DNA of 10,176 bases. It comes from a virus (taxonomy: Duplodnaviria > Heunggongvirae > Uroviricota > Caudoviricetes). The DNA is taken from the IMG/VR virus record IMGVR_UViG_2648501437_000009; one strand, given 5' to 3'. The translations under genes and the position numbers were made by a program. Each line of letters opens with the position of its first letter. Position 1 is the first letter of the stretch. Below, piece after piece: positions 7,996-10,176 of this stretch. The notes beneath the pieces were generated by a model. That model worked only from the letters and a program-made list of their open reading frames with translations, was not told where the DNA came from and searched no databases.

Positions 7996-8022
7996 AGCCC
8001 GCAGATTCTGGCGGGCTTTTTT
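7996..8022 (+). terminator. Rho-independent terminator downstream of lom
   Basis: AGCCCGC (7996..8002) - 8-nt loop - GCGGGCT (8011..8017), followed by a T-run (8017..8022). Lies 27 nt after the lom stop and 12 nt before the stf ATG. Confidence 0.75.
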
Positions 8023-8033
8023 GTGGGGTGAAT

Positions 8034-10176
8034 ATGGCAGTAAAGATTTCAGGTGTACTGAAAGACGGTGCAGGTAAACCGATACAGAACTGCACAATCC
8101 AGCTGAAAGCAAAACGTAACAGCACCACGGTGGTGGTGAACACGGTGGCCTCAGAAAATCCGGATGAAGCCGGGCGTTACAGCATGGACGTTGAGTACGG
8201 TCAGTACAGCGTTATTCTGTTGGTGGAGGGATTCCCGCCGTCACATGCCGGGACCATCACCGTGTATGAAGACTCCCAACCCGGTACGCTGAATGATTTT
8301 CTTGGTGCCATGACGGAGGATGATGCCCGTCCGGAGGCACTGCGCCGTTTTGAACTGATGGTGGAAGAGGTGGCGCGTAACGCGTCCGCAGTGGCACAGA
8401 ACACGGCAGCCGCGAAGAAGTCAGCCAGCGATGCCGGCACATCAGCCCGTGAGGCGGCAACTCATGCAACCGATGCTGCAGGCTCAGCACGTGCCGCCAG
8501 CACGTCAGCCGGACAGGCCGCGTCGTCGGCTCAGTCAGCATCTTCCAGCGCAGGAACGGCATCAACAAAGGCCACTGAAGCATCAAAAAGTGCTGCCGCT
8601 GCAGAGTCTTCAAAAAGCGCGGCTGCCACCAGTGCCGGTGCCGCGTCAACAAGTGCCGGGCAGGCCTCAGCCAGTGCCACCGCCGCCGGAAAATCGGCAG
8701 AAAGCGCCGCCTCGTCCGCTTCAACAGCCACAACGAAGGCTGGCGAAGCCACTGAACAGGCCAGCGCAGCAGCGAGGTCTGCTTCCGCAGCGAAGACATC
8801 TGAGACGAATGCGAAAGCGTCGGAAACCCGTGCAGAATCCTCAAAAACGGCAGCCGCATCGTCCGCCAGTTCGGCGGCGTCATCGGCATCATCTGCGTCT
8901 GCTTCAAAAGATGAGGCGACCAGACAGGCGTCAGCAGCAAAGGGCAGCGCCACGACGGCATCCACGAAGGCGACAGAGGCAGCTGGCAGTGCGACGGCGG
9001 CAGCTCAGAGCAAAAGTACGGCGGAATCCGCGGCAACGCGCGCCGAGACAGCGGCAAAACGGGCAGAGGATATTGCATCCGCCGTGGCGCTTGAGGATGC
9101 AAGTACGACGAAAAAGGGGATAGTACAGCTCAGCAGTGCGACCAACAGCACTTCCGAGTCACTGGCGGCAACGCCAAAGGCAGTAAAAGCAGCCAATGAC
9201 AATGCTGAGAAACGTCTGCAGAAAGATCAGAACGGTGCGGATATCCCTGGCAAAGACACCTTTACGAAAAATATTGGTGCCTGCCGTGCCTTCGGTGGGT
9301 CAGTAAGCACAACAACAGGAAACTGGACGACTGCACAGTTTATCGAGTGGCTGGATTCTCAGGGAGCATTTAACCATCCATACTGGATGTGCAAGGGTTC
9401 CTGGTCTTATGGCAATAATAAAATCATTACTGATACTGGCTGCGGTAATATTCATCTCGCCGGAGCTGTCATTGAAGTAATGGGGATAAAGTCAGCGATG
9501 ACGATCCGCATTACCACACCGACCACCTCCACTGGTGGTGGAACAACTAACGCCCAGTTTACCTATATTAATCACGGAACAGATTATTCACCTGGCTGGC
9601 GAAGGGACTATAACTCCAGAAATAAGCCAACGGCATCAGAGATCGGGGCGTTACCGTCAGGTGGAACAGCAGTATCATCAGTTAATTTGTCTTCAAAAGG
9701 TCGGGTAACCGCGCTGACAGACAATACGCAGGGGGCAACAGGTCTTGAGTTATACGAGGTGTATAACAACGGATATCCAACAGCGTATGGAAATATCATT
9801 CACCTGAAAGGGATGACAGCCGTTGGCGAAGGTGAGTTACTCATCGGCTGGAGTGGTACAAGCGGTGCTCATGCTCCGGCATTTATTCGTTCACGACGGG
9901 ATACGACCGACGCAAACTGGTCGCCGTGGGCGCAGCTTTACACCTCGGCTCATCCTCCTGCAGAGTTTTATCCAGTCGGTGCACCAATCCCGTGGCCATC
10001 AGATACCGTTCCGTCTGGTTATGCCCTGATGCAGGGGCAGACTTTTGACAAATCTGCTTACCCGAAACTTGCAGTTGCTTATCCGTCAGGCGTTATTCCT
10101 GATATGCGTGGCTGGACGATTAAGGGCAAGCCCGGCAGTGGTCGTGCCGTATTGTCTCAGGAACAGGACGGCATTA
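8034..10176 (+). CDS. stf: Side tail fibre protein Stf (partial, 3' end beyond window)
   Basis: ATG at 8034 with GGGGTG upstream. I translated the frame by hand: open to the window end with no stop (missing from the ORF track because there is no stop in-window). N-terminus [60 protein letters not shown] matches the lambda Stf N-terminus from memory. Followed by a long Ala/Ser-rich tract, the [26 protein letters not shown] motif, and a distal [37 protein letters not shown] motif typical of enterobacterial phage tail-fibre C-terminal regions. Confidence 0.9.
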   Translation, partial: MAVKISGVLKDGAGKPIQNCTIQLKAKRNSTTVVVNTVASENPDEAGRYSMDVEYGQYSVILLVEGFPPSHAGTITVYEDSQPGTLNDFLGAMTEDDARPEALRRFELMVEEVARNASAVAQNTAAAKKSASDAGTSAREAATHATDAAGSARAASTSAGQAASSAQSASSSAGTASTKATEASKSAAAAESSKSAAATSAGAASTSAGQASASATAAGKSAESAASSASTATTKAGEATEQASAAARSASAAKTSETNAKASETRAESSKTAAASSASSAASSASSASASKDEATRQASAAKGSATTASTKATEAAGSATAAAQSKSTAESAATRAETAAKRAEDIASAVALEDASTTKKGIVQLSSATNSTSESLAATPKAVKAANDNAEKRLQKDQNGADIPGKDTFTKNIGACRAFGGSVSTTTGNWTTAQFIEWLDSQGAFNHPYWMCKGSWSYGNNKIITDTGCGNIHLAGAVIEVMGIKSAMTIRITTPTTSTGGGTTNAQFTYINHGTDYSPGWRRDYNSRNKPTASEIGALPSGGTAVSSVNLSSKGRVTALTDNTQGATGLELYEVYNNGYPTAYGNIIHLKGMTAVGEGELLIGWSGTSGAHAPAFIRSRRDTTDANWSPWAQLYTSAHPPAEFYPVGAPIPWPSDTVPSGYALMQGQTFDKSAYPKLAVAYPSGVIPDMRGWTIKGKPGSGRAVLSQEQDGI
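8380..9080 (+). repeat. Degenerate Ala/Ser/Thr-rich low-complexity repeat tract within stf (fibre shaft)
   Basis: About 230 codons dominated by A, S, T, K, E in recurring short units (e.g. SAxSAxxASxSA, [21 protein letters not shown]). GC-rich and stop-poor in several frames on both strands, which generates the long overlapping shadow ORFs 8257..9102(-), 8531..8965(-) and 8431..9123(+). Confidence 0.6.

Noticed and set aside
8380-9080. Considered whether the periodic stf tract could be a CRISPR-like array or a DGR variable region
   Set aside because: Repeats are degenerate and in-frame coding low-complexity, not identical direct repeats separated by unique spacers; no reverse transcriptase or template repeat in the window. 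Adenine-specific variation typical of DGR targets cannot be assessed without a template sequence.
8257-9123. Overlapping ORFs in the stf repeat tract: 8257..9102(-) 281 aa, 8531..8965(-) 144 aa, 8431..9123(+) 230 aa, 9005..9202(-), 8201..8440(-)
   Set aside because: All fall inside the hand-verified stf reading frame within the Ala/Ser-rich GC-rich repeat, where stop codons are rare in every frame. Products are extreme low-complexity (Arg/Pro/Gln-rich or Ala/Asp-rich). Most parsimoniously artefacts of composition.
9608-10029. ORFs 9608..9799 (-) and 9823..10029 (+) in the distal stf region
   Set aside because: Both lie within the continuous stf frame (verified open to the window end); short and without features.
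1-10176. Searched by eye for CRISPR arrays, tRNA genes, IS inverted repeats, integrase or att-like direct repeats, and Chi sites (GCTGGTGG / CCACCAGC)
   Set aside because: None found: no regularly spaced direct repeats with spacers, no tRNA-like cloverleaf candidates in the small intergenic gaps, no exact Chi octamer spotted. A by-eye scan is not exhaustive; a computational scan would be definitive.

Overview
This window is the tail-tip and tail-fibre morphogenesis block of a lambda-like (lambdoid) siphovirus prophage, all on the + strand in the canonical order: tape measure protein (C-terminal part), M, L, K, I, J, the lom outer-membrane moron, and the 5' two-thirds of the side tail fibre gene stf (runs off the window end). 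Genes are tightly packed with overlapping start/stop codons; the only real intergenic gaps carry stem-loops (I-J gap, and intrinsic terminators flanking lom). I do not see a convincing new defence or accessory system here; coding density leaves no room for one. What does merit a second look: (1) J is split into three ORFs by two +1 frameshifts, each consistent with a single inserted A; (2) the tape measure ORF starts just after tandem in-frame stops, so it may be disrupted; (3) clear compositional mosaicism, with an AT-rich H-M segment, GC-rich L-to-J segment, and lower-GC distal portions of J and stf, suggesting module swaps in host-range determinants; (4) a long Ala/Ser-rich degenerate repeat tract in stf. 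Comparisons to phage lambda are from memory, not from an alignment, and should be verified.
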